This document shows positions 1-16,860 of a stretch of 64,000 nucleotides of DNA, in pieces (the first letter of the stretch is position 1; every line of letters starts with the position of its first letter). The stretch is from the human T2T-CHM13v2.0 reference genome, Homo sapiens. Both the position numbers and the translations under genes were made by a program. The notes below the pieces were generated by a model. The model did not search any database. It saw nothing but the letters and a program-made list of their open reading frames with translations, and had not been told where the DNA came from. The stretch is taken from the NCBI RefSeq assembly GCF_009914755.1, contig NC_060927.1; one strand, 5' to 3'.

Positions 1-554
1 TTTTGAGGAGCTGGATGGATCTTATGAAATGATATTGTTTACAATTTTAGAGATAAAAATACTGAAGCCTGGTGGAATCAGCACAAACTCTTAAGAGACT
101 GGGGCTCAAATTCCAGCTCTACCAGCTGTAAGTTTAGCAGCAAGTTACTTAACATCTCAAAGTCTCGGTAAAAGACTCTGTAAAAAGAAGGTGATGCCTC
201 TTTCAAAGTAGTTCTTAGTATTAAATTTTGAAAAAAGTAGGTAAATCTTAACCTCCTATCACACACGTAGTCTAATGACTTCCTAGGATCCTCCAACCCC
301 AAGGGGACCTCTTTCACAAAACCTCCCGGCTCCCCCCCAGTCTCCCTAGTCATCTTAGATGAGGAAGTCGAGCGCACCCCAGGGCTGATCGCACAGGAAG
401 AGCACCTGGGCTCCAGACCCTAGTAACTAAACCCGTGGGCTTCGAGGTTTCTGCCGACCCTCTGTCAAAGGTTAGAAAGGCCCACACACTGTCCACTCTC
501 CCGATACCATTTTACAGGTGGTGAAACTGAGGCCCAAAAGGGGACAGTAACTTA

Positions 555-737
<183 letters not shown>

Positions 738-1037
738 TCAGCTCACGGCACCGGGCTGCAACCGAGGTCTGAATGTTGCGAAAGCGCCCCAGACGCCGCC
801 GCTGCTTTCCGGCCGCCCCCTCGGCTACAGCCGCCATTTCCACGCTCCACCAATCAAATCCATTCTCGAGGAAGACGCACCGCCCCCACACGCCCCGACC
901 AATCGCTCGCGCTCTGGTTGCGCTGGCGCCTTAGGGGCTCCAGTGCCACCATTGCTTTTGCTGCTTTTCTGGCTTTCCCTTTCGGACATGCGCGCTCGGA
1001 GCAAGGCGCCCTCGCACTCAGCTTACCGCGCATGTAC

Positions 1038-1052
1038 GTTGCCAGGGGTAAC
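1038..1052 (+). promoter_or_regulatory. RFX X-box in the IFT122 proximal promoter
   Basis: GTTGCC-AGG-GGTAAC matches GTNRCC(N0-3)RGYAAC about 105 nt upstream of the ATG. RFX factors are established regulators of ciliary/IFT genes. Confidence 0.75.
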
Positions 1053-1156
1053 GCAGGTAGCCAAAGTGGCTTGTGGAGTGGCGACCGTTAGTGAGGCGGT
1101 TGCTGAGACAGACGCTGAGGCGGGTAGGAGGAGCCCGAGCCGTAAGGGAAGCCGTG

Positions 1157-1197
1157 ATGAGGGCCGTGTTGACGTGGAGAGATAAAGCCGAGCACTG
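1157..1197 (+). CDS. IFT122: IFT122 coding exon 1
   Basis: MRAVLTWRDKAEH(C); donor TG|gtgagg; 41 nt. Confidence 0.97.
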
Positions 1198-2199
1198 GTG
1201 AGGAGCGGGGCGGTTCGCGAAGAGCAGGAGGTCGAGTCCTCGCGGGGAGTGCGCGAGCCGCTGCAGCGTGTTTGAGGGGGGCAGCGGGCTTGCTGCCTGG
1301 GCCGAGGGCACTGAACCCCGGCCTGGGAGACTGCAGGGTCGCCCTCCCGCCCCTTGGCGGTTGGAGAAACTCCCGAGGGTTGGAGAGCGGCAAAGGGAGG
1401 TGCCGCGCCTGAGGTGGTGGCGGGTGGAGGCGGCTCTTCCCTCACGGTCTGGCCCTGTCGCTGCCTTGGATTCATCTCACACCCACGAGACAGCACGAAG
1501 CTGCTCAAGCTTCACAGTTCTTGCCACATCCACATAGTACCCATACTCTTGTTTTCTTGACGTTTTTCTCTAAATTGTCTCATTTATTTTAATTATGATT
1601 TCACATTTTACAAGGAAACTTTATTACTCCATTTATGAAAACCAGTGTCACTTGCTCTAAGTGTTAAGATAAAATCAGCGTCGCTTGCTCTAAGTGTAAA
1701 AGTAAAACTTAAAGTAGGGAGAAACAAAACTGAACAAGCTGTAGCTAGCTATTGTTGCTAGGGAGCCTTTAAACCTGAGATCTCGTTTCTCTAAAACTGG
1801 AGATGGGCAGGTATGATCAGAGAGGTGCTCAAAATGAGCACCAAACACAAGCTCTCCTAATTGGGAAGTCTGAAAAAGAACTGAAGGGGAATGACTTTGT
1901 CACCTTTTGATTCAGTTATTTAATGTCCTATTCCATTGTTATCGCCTAAATCTATAACATAGCAGTCTGTTTTGTCATATTCTTACTTATGGGATAGGTC
2001 TTGGCCTGACTATGAAAATCATTCAGCATTGTTGTGAAGCCTCTGTTCTGGCCACTGGAGCAGGTTACTTGTCTTTGGTTCTGTCCCTTCTGAGATCTTT
2101 CTCTGTGTAAAGCATGCCGTCTCTCCTCATCTCACACGGAAATCCTGAACATCCTTCAAGGCTCACGTTGGAGACGGGTCCTCTCTTTTGTGTTCGGCA

Positions 2200-2430
2200 C
2201 TAGTGGTAGCTGACACTATGTGCCAGGTGCTGGCTAAGCACTTCATATCCTTTATCTCGTTGTCTCTTCACCACTCTCTAAGGTAGGTACTATAATTTCC
2301 TCTATTTTATGTATGAGGAAACTGAAGCCCAGAGAGGGTGGATAATTTGCCAGCGTCACACAGTGAGGGGTGGAACCAGCTTTCAAGCTCAGGTCTTCCT
2401 CACTCCAACGTCAACGCTCTCAGCCACTAC
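2200..2430 (-). mobile_element. MIR SINE remnant
   Basis: Core-like segments TATGTGCCAGGTGCTGGCTAAGCACTT and ATGAGGAAACTGAAGCCCAGAGAGG. Confidence 0.7.
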
Positions 2431-2450
2431 ATTAATTTTTCCTTATGTTA

Positions 2451-3005
2451 CAGACGTGGCAAACTCAAATGTCTGCAGGAGACAGGCAGGTAACATAAAT
2501 GGGAGATGTTTATTTGCATCTTCAACACTAGGAATTGTATGTTTTCCCTAGGAATAGTCTTGTATTCTGTACCCCATTTTTCTTGAAACACAGCCGTATC
2601 AGTGAATCTTTCATTTGTACTTTTAATAGAGATTTGAGTTTTAAAAAATCATTTTACTTTTAACTTTATTATAAACGTACCTATAGCACAAGCTGATGAT
2701 AGCTGGCAACTGAACATTTGGCTTCAATGTCAGAGTAATAGAGTGTGGCAAACTGCAGAGCTCATGCTCCGCCTAAAAGGGGCAGCTGCTGCTCAGCTCC
2801 TGCCAATTACCACCATGCAGGAATTTGGCCTAGTGTGCTCAGCTCTTCCTGTTTTTACCAGAAGCTAGGAATCTGGGTTTTTATGTGAAATGGCCTAATT
2901 TTTAAATGTTAGCATCCACTCTGAAAAAAAAACAAAACACCGTGTGGGCCAAATAAAACATTTGCTGGCCAAATGCAGCCTGATTTGCTCTGTTTTCAAC
3001 CCCTG
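2451..3005. mobile_element. Ancient hAT-type DNA transposon remnant (family uncertain)
   Basis: Degenerate terminal inverted repeats CAGACGTGGCAAAC ... GTTTTCAACCCCTG; subterminal sequence resembles hAT MER elements from memory. Confidence 0.45.
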
Positions 3006-5341
3006 GCACAGAATTTTGTTCATTTCTCTCTTGTGGTACTTCCAGAGTCTGTTGAGCATAAGAGTTAATTTTTTTAAATCTGTTTAATTCAGAAGTCTAA
3101 TAAACCCGTTAAAGGCAATGGCTATGTCTTACTCGTTTCCAAATTATTCTAGAGACAGGTCAGTGGTTGTTGTTACTATGGATAGTAATAAAATACTAGA
3201 TATATATAAAACGAAATACTGTGGGTAGATGTATTCATACGTGAATGAATGATGAATAAAGATTGGTTTTCTGGTTTTTGGCCCATTACAGATTTGAGAC
3301 AACCTATTAGGATAAGGGATGTAGGGGTTCTATAGACCATCAATCCTGATGGCTGCTAGATATACCAGCTGATAGCCCAGAATGAAAACAAAACAAAAAA
3401 CTAAACAACAAAAAAAAAAGACAGTAGAACTAAAAAAATCCTAGATGTCAAAGATTAGTCCTCCACATCCAAATCAGCCATTGTCTCCCGGTCTGCTCCT
3501 TTGCTTCTATTTTAACCTTCACATAGCAGCAGGAACTCTGTTTTTTTAAGACCTGCTGCTGTGATCCTGTTACTCTACTTCTCATAAACCTAGAGTGATT
3601 CCCAATTACTTTCCATGTCAAGTCGTGCATTTTGCTAGAGGGTCCTCCTGACCCTCCTCCCCATCAGGCTTGCAACATTTAAATTTATACTTTTAGGTTG
3701 AGCTGAAAACTCTATTTTTCTACCCGAAGATCCTTCCCAAATGCTCCCTTATTCTATGAACTCCCTAGTTTTCTCCTTTAAATGCACAGCTCCAGGTTCA
3801 TCTCAACCAGGATGTCTTATTAGGCTAGCCCACTGTATTCCAATCAGGCTAGCATCTGCTGTAACTCTCCATTCATGCCAGCTAGTATTTACTGAGTACT
3901 TGCTATAGGCCACATGTCCCCATGTCTTTATAGGTGTTATCATGTTTAATCTCTACAACATGTGAGGTTGGAATTTTCATCTCATTTAAAGATGAAGAAA
4001 TTGAGATTTAATGAGGTGACATAAGTTACCTAAGATTACAAAATGAGTAAGTGGGGCTGGGTCAGATGATGCAGGAATTGGAGAGGCACTGTGGGACATT
4101 GGTTTACAGTGAGGTGGGTGCAGGGTTGTCAGAGGACAATTTGCAGGATTCCTCTGTATCTCTGCAATGGAATCTGACAGTGTGTCTTCTGACAGTGTAT
4201 CTCTTTTATAAAAAGAGGCAGGTGGAGAGAGAACCATCCTACAGTAGAATAGACTGCCTGCAAATGAGTGAGCTCCCAGCCCTGGAGTGTTCAAGCAGGG
4301 GCTAGATGGCCATCTATAAGGAATTCTTGCCCTGATGGGCCAGATGGACTGCATGACAAGATCTAGAGTCCTTTCCAATTCTGAGTTTCTGGTGATTTCA
4401 TAATTATATTTATTACATGTCTAGGACAGTGCCATGCACTGTGGGTCCACAAATATGTAGAACATGGCCATTGCTTTCAAATTGTATATGACTATAATTA
4501 AAGGGGCAAGGCAAGATAATATCTAACACAATGTAAAGAAGACTGTATAAGTCAGAGCTAAACTGAAATGTACAGATTCTAAGTACATTAAGAGTTTAGA
4601 TTGGGGCAAATCAGACATATATGATATATTTTAGGAAGGCAAATTTCAAGATATTCAGAGAAAATGAATTTTTATATCTAAGAGGAAGAATGTTCAGGCT
4701 TGGCTCAAATGAGACATTCAGAAATGATTTTGTGATAATTCAACCCAAAATGACCCTTATGAAGAAGAGGTCACACAGGAATCACTTTGATGAGCTCATA
4801 TGTGTACAAGGCAGAAAGGAAGCCACATACCAAGGATGACTTTAGATGAGAGGTGCAGACACTGCTCCAACATCTAATAATCCACCATAGCAATCCACAA
4901 GTGTCAGGCGCTTTGGATAGACTGGCTTGTGCACCCCGTGAGTAGGAGGCTACCTCTCTATCCTTGTTTTGTAGGTGAGAATGAAAGCTCAGATAGGAGA
5001 TCAGCTTTTCTGGCCCCACGTCCCCCCTACTTTTTATTCCGCCATGCTGCTTCTCAAAATGTGAAATGTGCCAAGGCTCAGAGGAAGAAAGCGTAAGAAA
5101 CAAGGAAGGCCCAGGTCTGTTACCACATAATGGTGAGGAAGCTGAAAAACTCAGGGCTTCAGTTTGCCCAGCTGGAAAGAGTGTGATAATCATCCTTGTT
5201 CCAGCTTCTTTATCAGCCAGCTCTGTGACTAGGAGCAAACAACTTGCCTCTCTGTACTTTAGTTTCCTCATTGGTAAAATCGGGGCAGTGGTGCCTGTCC
5301 TGTCTACTACATTATGTTTTCGTAAGGATCAAATAAGATAA

Positions 5342-5647
<306 letters not shown>

Positions 5648-5871
5648 AAGTTTACACTCTTTAACAATTCTTAAATATTGAATAACTGTGAAGAGTTTTT
5701 ATTAAAGGAAGCGTCAGGTCAACAGAGCCATATTAAAAGCTTTCTGAATTCTTCATGTAATGCCTTAAGTAGGTAATAATACCTTTTTTTGACATATGCC
5801 AACAATGATAATGGCAGCCACATAGCATAATGGTTAAAACATGGGCTTCAGGCCAGATTGCCTGGGTTTGA

Positions 5872-6181
5872 GGCCGGATGCAGTGGCTCACACTTAAAAT
5901 CCCAGCACTTTGGGAGGCTGAGGCAGATGGATCACTTGAGGTCAGGAGTTCGAGACCAGCCTGGCCAACATGGTAAAACCCTGTCTTTACCAAAAATACA
6001 AAAATGACCTGGGTGTGGTGGCAGGCACCTGTCATCCCAGCTACTCAGGAGGCTAAGGCAGGAGAATCGATTGAAACTGGGAGGCAGAGGTTGCTGTGAG
6101 CCAAGATCCTGCTACTGCACTCCAGCCTGGGTGACAGAGCAAGACTCCACCTCAAAAAAAACAAAAACAAAAACAAAAAAA
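5872..6181 (+). mobile_element. Alu (AluSx-like) inserted into a MIR (about 5820-6390)
   Basis: GGCCGG...A-rich tail; duplicated flank CAGATTGCCTKGGTTTGA. Confidence 0.95.
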
Positions 6182-6449
6182 CAGATTGCCTTGGTTTGAA
6201 TCCTGGCTCCATTTCCATTCAGTAGCACTTTATTTTCAGGCAAGTTATTTAACTTCTCTGTACCATAGTTTTCTCATCTGTGAAACAGGTATACAGTTGT
6301 TTTGAGGTTAACATGAGTTAATACATGTAAAGCATTTAAGCTGTACCTGGCATACACAATAATAAATGTGTTCAATAAATGTTAGTCACTGTTATTAAAG
6401 TATGAAGGATAACAGATTTGACATACTTGGCAGTAATTCAAGGGAGCAG

Positions 6450-6665
6450 AAGGCAGCATAGCGCGTTAATTACAAGCACAGACTCTAGAGTCAGACCTGA
6501 GTTGAAATCCTGGCCCTTGCACTTGCTAGTTGTGTGACATCAGGCAAACTACTTGACCTCTCTGAGCCATGGTATCCTCATCTACAAAACAGAGTAATAA
6601 TTCCTACCTCACAGAATTATTGTGGAGATGAAATAAAATAATGCATTTTAAGAGCTCAGCAGGTG
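6450..6665 (+). mobile_element. MIR SINE remnant
   Basis: GACTCTAGAGTCAGACCTGAGTTGAAATCCTGGC...CTTGACCTCTCTGAGCC...CTCATCTACAAAA. Confidence 0.75.
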
Positions 6666-6748
6666 CTGTCTGGAATAAGAGTTCGAAGTACTGTCATTGA
6701 GAGTGTACTTCCAAGTTACTGACAAAAGCTTGATTTTTAGATTACTGG

Positions 6749-7650
<902 letters not shown>

Positions 7651-7958
7651 CTGGCAAGTTTATCCCATGCTAAACTTTTACTATGGGTTGGGTTTTGTTT
7701 TTTTGTTGTTGTTGTTTGTTTTTTGTGTGTTTTGTTTTGAGTAACTTCAGTAGTAACCTTAACAATAGTCTGTTTTGACAGGTTTTTGACACATTCTTAC
7801 TATAGTCACCTGAACCAATGAAATCCTCTGCCTGGGGCATTTGAAAAATCTTTGTAATATGGCTCTAGCCCATTTTTCTAGCCTCATTTCTCCATGTTCT
7901 AGCAACATCTTGCACATAGCCAGATGTTTCAGTCAAATTAAATTATTTTGATTACTTG

Positions 7959-8834
<876 letters not shown>

Positions 8835-8991
8835 CTTGTTATTTCTCACTTTCATGTCTTTGCTTGTTTTATTTTCTTTGCCTGAAATGTCCTTTACCCA
8901 GTGTCCTCCTCCATGTTTCAAAAGCCCTACCTTTTTCAAATATCTTCTTCATTAATCTTTTTCTGATCCTCTCCTTGAATTAAAATGCTGT

Positions 8992-9992
<1,001 letters not shown>

Positions 9993-10056
9993 CTGCGTCT
10001 TCCTCCTTCGAATCCTGTTTTCATGTGTCTCTTAAAGCCTTTATCAGAGTACTGTT

Positions 10057-10231
10057 CTGTATTTCATCCAATCTAATAGGTCATTGATTATAAAATACCA
10101 TTGTTTTGTGTATCAATAAGAAAGCAAAAAATGCTGCCAGTTACACTGAAACATCATCAATTATAAGACACAACCTTAGAGGTGAGAAAATGTGAAAAAA
10201 AAATGTAAGCTTTAGAATTGATGACATATGG
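10057..10231. mobile_element. MER104-like Tc2/mariner-family MITE
   Basis: Terminal inverted repeats CTGTATTTCATCCAATCTAA ... TTAGAATTGATGACATATGG; about 175 nt. Confidence 0.65.
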
Positions 10232-10653
10232 TAGTTCTTTGTGAAAGTGTCTGTTTCACACCTTCTCACTGGATAGTAATTTCCCTGAGGGGAGGGAGGG
10301 ATTATGATCTGTTCATATCTGTTGGTGCCTGGCACCTAAGAGGGACTCAGTAAGTATCTGTGGATTTACTGGCCCTTAACACATTCTCTCATGTTGTCTA
10401 GCCTTTATGATATTATTAGAAGAGTTAATACCCTCAACAGTCGACCCTTTGAATAATTTCTTGTGTCTGGCTTCTGGACAAGAGGAAATCAGGACAAAGA
10501 GCTAACTACTGAGTGGATCATGATTGAATGGGCTGCTGTGGTGTGGCGGTTGAATGGAATTTGCAACAAATGCAATTCGTAGTTATTCTTTTTCTCCTCA
10601 GTACACACACAGTGTTTCTTAATGGCAATAAAGTTTACTTTCCTGGCCATTAG

Positions 10654-10941
<288 letters not shown>

Positions 10942-11533
10942 TAAACTATCAGATAAGAACCTGTGAACAATACCACCTTTGGGGTCATTCATCTTTCCCT
11001 TTTTACTTTGAGACACCCATGAAAGAGTTGAAAACAATCACAATGCCTTTGAAACTGGACTGGTGTCAGTTTACATTTTGTCCCCCAGAAAAATTCAAGC
11101 AACAGGACTGACGGTGCTGTGTCCATGAAAAGTCAGATAGCCTGACCCCAACTTTTAGGCATTGGCCTATCTAAACAGTTCCATATGGATGTTGTCCTAT
11201 TTTTCATATTTTCAAATAACATAAGCTCCCTCTGGAACCTATCCAGGTATATAAAAGTAATTTTCAGAGAACCCCTTATGTTTGACCAAAAAACCTTTGT
11301 ATGATCTCTCTTTCTGTCTAAGTCTACTTCCTCTTCTCTGTTGTCTCTAGATACGCAGACTGATTAATCTCCATTCTTTGTATGGTTAACTACATAATCT
11401 TAAAACATGGTTAAATTGTTCTGCAGACTTCTCTCCAGTGTAAACAATCCAAACTCTATTAGTTTTTCTACATAGGTTATCTTTTCCAATACTCTAACCA
11501 TTTCAGAAAGTTTCCGCTTGATTTCTCAGATGG

Positions 11534-11548
<15 letters not shown>

Positions 11549-11564
<16 letters not shown>

Positions 11565-11847
11565 TTGAGACAGAGTCTGGCTCTGTCGCCCAGGCTGGAG
11601 TGCAGTGACGTGATCTCGGCTTACTGCAAGCTCCACCTCCCGGGTTCACACCATTCTCCTGCCTCAGCCTCCTGAGTAGCTGGGACTACAGGCGCCTGCC
11701 GCTACGCTCAGCTAATTTTTTGTATTTTTAGTAGAGACGGGGTTTCTCCGTGTTAGCCAGGATGGTCTCGATCTCCTGACCTCGTAATCCACCCACCTCG
11801 GCCTCCCAAAGTGCTGGGATTACAGAGGTGAGCCACCGCGCCCGGCC
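11549..11847 (-). mobile_element. AluY-like
   Basis: Antisense dimer; TSD AGATGGTGTGT (left copy expanded to (GT)8). Confidence 0.95.
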
Positions 11848-11930
11848 AGATGGTGTGTTTTTAAACTCTCCACATAGTGATAGATGTCACATGGCTATCA
11901 AATACCTAAATCCATATTACAGCTGGGTTT

Positions 11931-12344
<414 letters not shown>

Positions 12345-12714
12345 TGATTTAGTGCAGAGCTGGCATTAAAATTTAATCATGTTGTAGCTGGCTCTTTTTA
12401 TGGGCTAGTTTTATTTAGGAGGGCCTGCCTTGATCAATCATATATCCAAATTCAGGTAAGGATGAGTATAAAGAATTTCCATGGAGTGAGTAATTGAACC
12501 TTTGGTTCTCAAGGATTGGTAGTATATTCCTGGTCACATAGTACATAGACCTGGGTCCTCTACTTCTTGGTTACCCAACTTTAAGTCACGTTGTTTTTGG
12601 TTTTGCAGTGCAGTTTTTATTGGCTACAGATTTAGAATATTGACACGTATTGTTATAAAAACAAAAATAGCAGTAGCAACCCTGCAGGAATTCTGACTAA
12701 TAGATATCACATAG

Positions 12715-12888
<174 letters not shown>

Positions 12889-12969
12889 TAGTCACTTTTT
12901 AATTATTTCTAGTAAGCTGGAGTACAAGTTGCAAGTTCAGAAGACAGTGAAGTTGCTAAGACTTCAGTT

Positions 12970-14600
12970 TGGTCATTCAATCTAGCAAGTATTTATTGAG
13001 GTCATCTATGTTCCAGGCACTGTTCAAGGTGCTTGAGTTACTTCAGAGAAAAAAACGGTGGTCCCTCCCCTTATGGGGCTTCTGTTTTATGGGGTGGTGG
13101 TGAGAAGTGAGGGAGGAAGAAAGTATGAGGGAAGACATACAGTAAACATAGTAAAAAGGTAAATTAAGCAGTATGCTGGAAGGTGATAACTGTTATGGAA
13201 GAAGAAAAAGTAGAGCAGAATGAGGGGGATTGAGAGTGCTGGGCAGGGCAGGGGGTTGGGTACAGTATTGAATTAGACTAGTGAGGGTGGGCTCATTGAG
13301 ATGAGGACAGGTGAGGAAAAAGACTTTGAAGTCAGGAGGCAATGAGATTGTGCCAGTGGGCATCGGGGGGAAGAGAGCTCTTTGCAGAGGAAGAGCCATT
13401 GCAGAGGCCCTCAGGTGTGGGTGTGGCTGCTAGGAGCTGGATCAAAGAGAATCGGGAATTGTAGAGGATGAGGATAAAGTGGTAACAGACATGGGGTGGT
13501 CAGATCATAAAGATTTTGATTCTCAGTCAAAATGGAACTACTGAAAGGTCCTCAGCAGAGGAGGGATCTGATTTGATTTGTATTTTAAAAGGATCCCTCT
13601 AGTTGCTGAGTTGGAAACAACCTGCAAGAGGTGAGGGTTAGGACATCTGTGTGAGGAAGCATCATCCAGACAGGGGGTGATGGTGGCTCAGACCTCTGTG
13701 GGGGCAGAGGAGGTGATGAGAAATTATCAGACTCTGGATATAATGGGAGGGTGGAGCCAACTGGATTGTCTGACAGATTGGATATGGGCTATGAAGAAAA
13801 AGGAGTCAAGTTTTTGACCTGAGGACTGAAAGGTTGGAGTTGCCCCCCCACTGAGATGGAAAAGACTGCAGGTAGAGAAAAGTTATGGTTGAAGATCAGA
13901 AATTCAGTTTTATACATGCTGAATTTGAGAAAAGTTGATGATGTCGGAGAGGGGAGAGAACTGCTGGAACAGAGTTGTTGAGTAGGCAAGAGGAGATGGG
14001 ATCTAGGGCATAGACGGGGTATTTGCTTTAGATAGGGGCACAGTAGGAACTGCAGAGGCCAGCAGATGGGGACAATGTGGTAGTAGGAATCTAATGGAAA
14101 TTCTCAATTCCATTTTTTTTTTCTTCAGTGAAATAGGAAGCAACAGCAACTGAGAGTGACAATGGGGAAGGGAGGTTTCAGAGAGTTGAAGAGAAAGGAA
14201 AAAAGTGTAAAGTCACTGCCTCAGAGAATGGGACAGCGAGTGGACCCAGGAGGTGTAGTGAGATCCCCGGTGACATGAAGGGCCCTCTTGAAGATTGTGA
14301 TCATGAATTGAAAGTGAGATTAGTTGGTGTGATTGTGTCTTTTTCTCCAGCGATTTTGAGCTGCATAGTTGTAGAGGCAGAAGAGGTGAATTTAACCAGA
14401 GGTGGTTTTGCAAGCACATTTGAAGATGAAGTAGGAGGGCAAGGGAGCAGAAAGTGTATACAGATAAATAATTATGTACATTAACCTTGAATTGTTGGCT
14501 GAATAATGAAGGGAGAGAGGACAGCAATGGAGAAGTAGTAGGTTCTGGTGGTGTTGAAGGATTGTTACAGTTGGGGTACCAGGTGGGTTGGGAAGGAAGG
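12970..14600 (-). mobile_element. L2 LINE remnant (3' end at about 12970)
   Basis: CATTCAA...AAGTATTTATTGAG...CTATGTTCCAGGCACTGTT typical of the inverted L2 3' end, followed by a long purine-rich diverged body; right boundary approximate. Confidence 0.7.
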
Positions 14601-15061
14601 GAAGTGGTGCATGAAACTGAGATTTAAATTTATTTTAAAATAAATCCATGTTGTCCCACAGCATAGGATTAGTGGGAAGAACATGGGCTTTGGAATGAGA
14701 CAGTTGTGAGTTCCAACCCCAACCCAACACCAGAGTTCTGTGAGTTTGAGCTGGTTATTGAGTCTGAGTCACGATTTCTTCATGTATCAAATGGATAACA
14801 TTGAGATAACATTCTGTAGCCACTGCCAAGAAGTCACAAAATTGTAATGTTATAATTCTTGAATGAACCTTGGAGATTATTCCAGTCCCAGGTTTTTAAC
14901 TTCTTTTGGCTGATGGGCCTCTTTGATAATCAGATGGAAGCTTTAGACCACTTTCTAGAAAGATGCAAATTCTTCATGTGTATGCAGAATTTCATGCATA
15001 TAATTTTAGTCTGATTAGTCCAGTCTCTTCACTTTAGCCCTGCATAAAGACATAAACAATT

Positions 15062-15239
15062 GGCCAGGCACGGTGGCTCATGCCTATAATCCTACTGAAA
15101 TCCTAAAGCTCTGGGAGCCTGAGTTGGGAAGATTGCTTAAGGCAGGAGTTTGAGACCAGCCTGGGCAACATAGTGAGACTCCCTAAAATCTGGCCTGGGT
15201 GACAGAGCTAGACTCTGTCTCTTAAAAAAAAAAAAAAAA
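15062..15239 (+). mobile_element. Internally deleted AluJ/FLAM
   Basis: Left arm joined directly to the last about 30 nt of the right arm, then poly-A. Confidence 0.85.
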
Positions 15240-15339
15240 GACAAGTCATGTGACTTGCCAAGGCCATGCAGCAGATTGGCCCAAAGACAAAACTAATTTC
15301 TTGCTTCATAGTCAGGTGTGCTGTACCATGGTAGTCATA

Positions 15340-15341
<2 letters not shown>

Positions 15342-15393
<52 letters not shown>
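15342..15393. repeat. (TG)26 microsatellite
   Basis: Perfect dinucleotide run. Confidence 0.97.
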
Positions 15394-15399
<6 letters not shown>

Positions 15400-16006
15400 T
15401 GAGTTCAAGTTCAGAATAATGTTTTAGGGAGACCTGTGAGGAGGGAGCCTGGAGAGCTGAACTGTTTCTGTCTCATCCTAGTGGCTGTTGAGGAATGTGG
15501 GTCAGTCCAGGGCCCAGTATAAGGCCCAGTAGGTACAGAAGAGCTATTGGGCCTCTGGTGCCTCTGGTGTTTATAAGCATAGCAGGGCTCTTTGACCTGC
15601 AACACCATTAGGGCACTTGAGGATGTCAGAGTGTGACCCATCAGTAGTGGCATTTGCACAGCACTTTGCAGAGTCCTGTCACACACATCTCATTTGATGC
15701 TTCCAACAACTCTCTGAAGCAGGCAGCAAGGGGACTCTTATCTCCGCTCAAAGATGAGAAAACAGACTTGGAGCAATTACAGGTGATGGTGGCAGAGGCA
15801 GGCCTAACCCAGGTTCTCTGACTGCAGAGTCTTTGTTCTTTCTAGTGTATCATGCTGCCTCTTCATGACACCTGTATAATGATTAAGAAGTCTTTTAGTC
15901 CTCAGAATTGGTTTTTTCCTCTTAGACCTGAAGATTGAGATACACTGAATTCCAGCTTTGCTCTTTAAGTCTGCTTGTTTCTGATTTCTCCTTTAAGTTT
16001 ATTAAG

Positions 16007-16306
16007 TTTTTTTTGTTTTTTTTTTTGAGATGAAGTCTCGCTCTGTCGCCCAGGCTGGAGTGCAGTGGCGCGATCTCGGCTCATGGCAACCTCTGACTCC
16101 CTGGTTCAAGTGATTCTCCTGCCTCAGCCTCCTGAGTAGCTGGGACTACAGGCACGCGCCACCATGCCTAGCTAATTTTTGTATTTTCAGTAGAGACAGG
16201 GTTTCACCATGTTGGTCGGCCTGGTCTCAAACTCCTGACCTCGTGATCCGCCCACCTCGGCCTCCCAAAGTGCTGGGATTACAGGCGTGAACCACCATGC
16301 CTGGCC
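16007..16306 (-). mobile_element. Alu (AluSg-like)
   Basis: Antisense dimer; TSD AAGTTTA(T/A)TAAGT. Confidence 0.95.
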
Positions 16307-16449
16307 CAAGTTTAATAAGTATTTAATGAGCAACCATGATATAAAAGTATGTAAGACATAGTTTTTTTGTTCAAGAAAAACAATATAATATGAAGAAATA
16401 ATAGAAATAGCTAATTTTTTTTTAATTCTATTCCAGGCCCAGTTCTAAG

Positions 16450-16860
16450 CAACATAAGGGTTAGGGGTGCCACTGCCTGTGCAATAAAAAATCTGCATGT
16501 AATTTCTGAACCCCCCAAAACTTTACTATTAATAGCCTACTGTTGACCAGAAGCCTTACCTGTTACATAAACAGTTAACACATTTTTAATATTATATGTA
16601 TTATATATTGTATTCTTAAAATAAGCTAGATAAAATGTTAATTGAGAAAAAAGAAAAATATATTTACTCTTCATTAAATGGAAGTGGATCATCATAAAGG
16701 TCTTCATCTTCATTGTCTTCAGGTTGAATAGGCTGAGGAGGAGGAGGAGGAGGAGGAAGAGGGATTGGTGATGCTGTGCCAGGGAGACAGAGGCAAAAGA
16801 AAATTCACATGTAAAAGTGGACTCATGTAGTTAAAACTCATGTTGTTCAGGGGTCAACTG
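16450..16860. mobile_element. Tigger2a/MER28-like DNA transposon remnant
   Basis: Ends in the Tigger2-type TIR TGTTCAGGGGTCAACTG plus TA; internal GGAAGTGGATCATCATAAAGGTCTTCATC and GAG run as recalled for this family. Confidence 0.75.
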
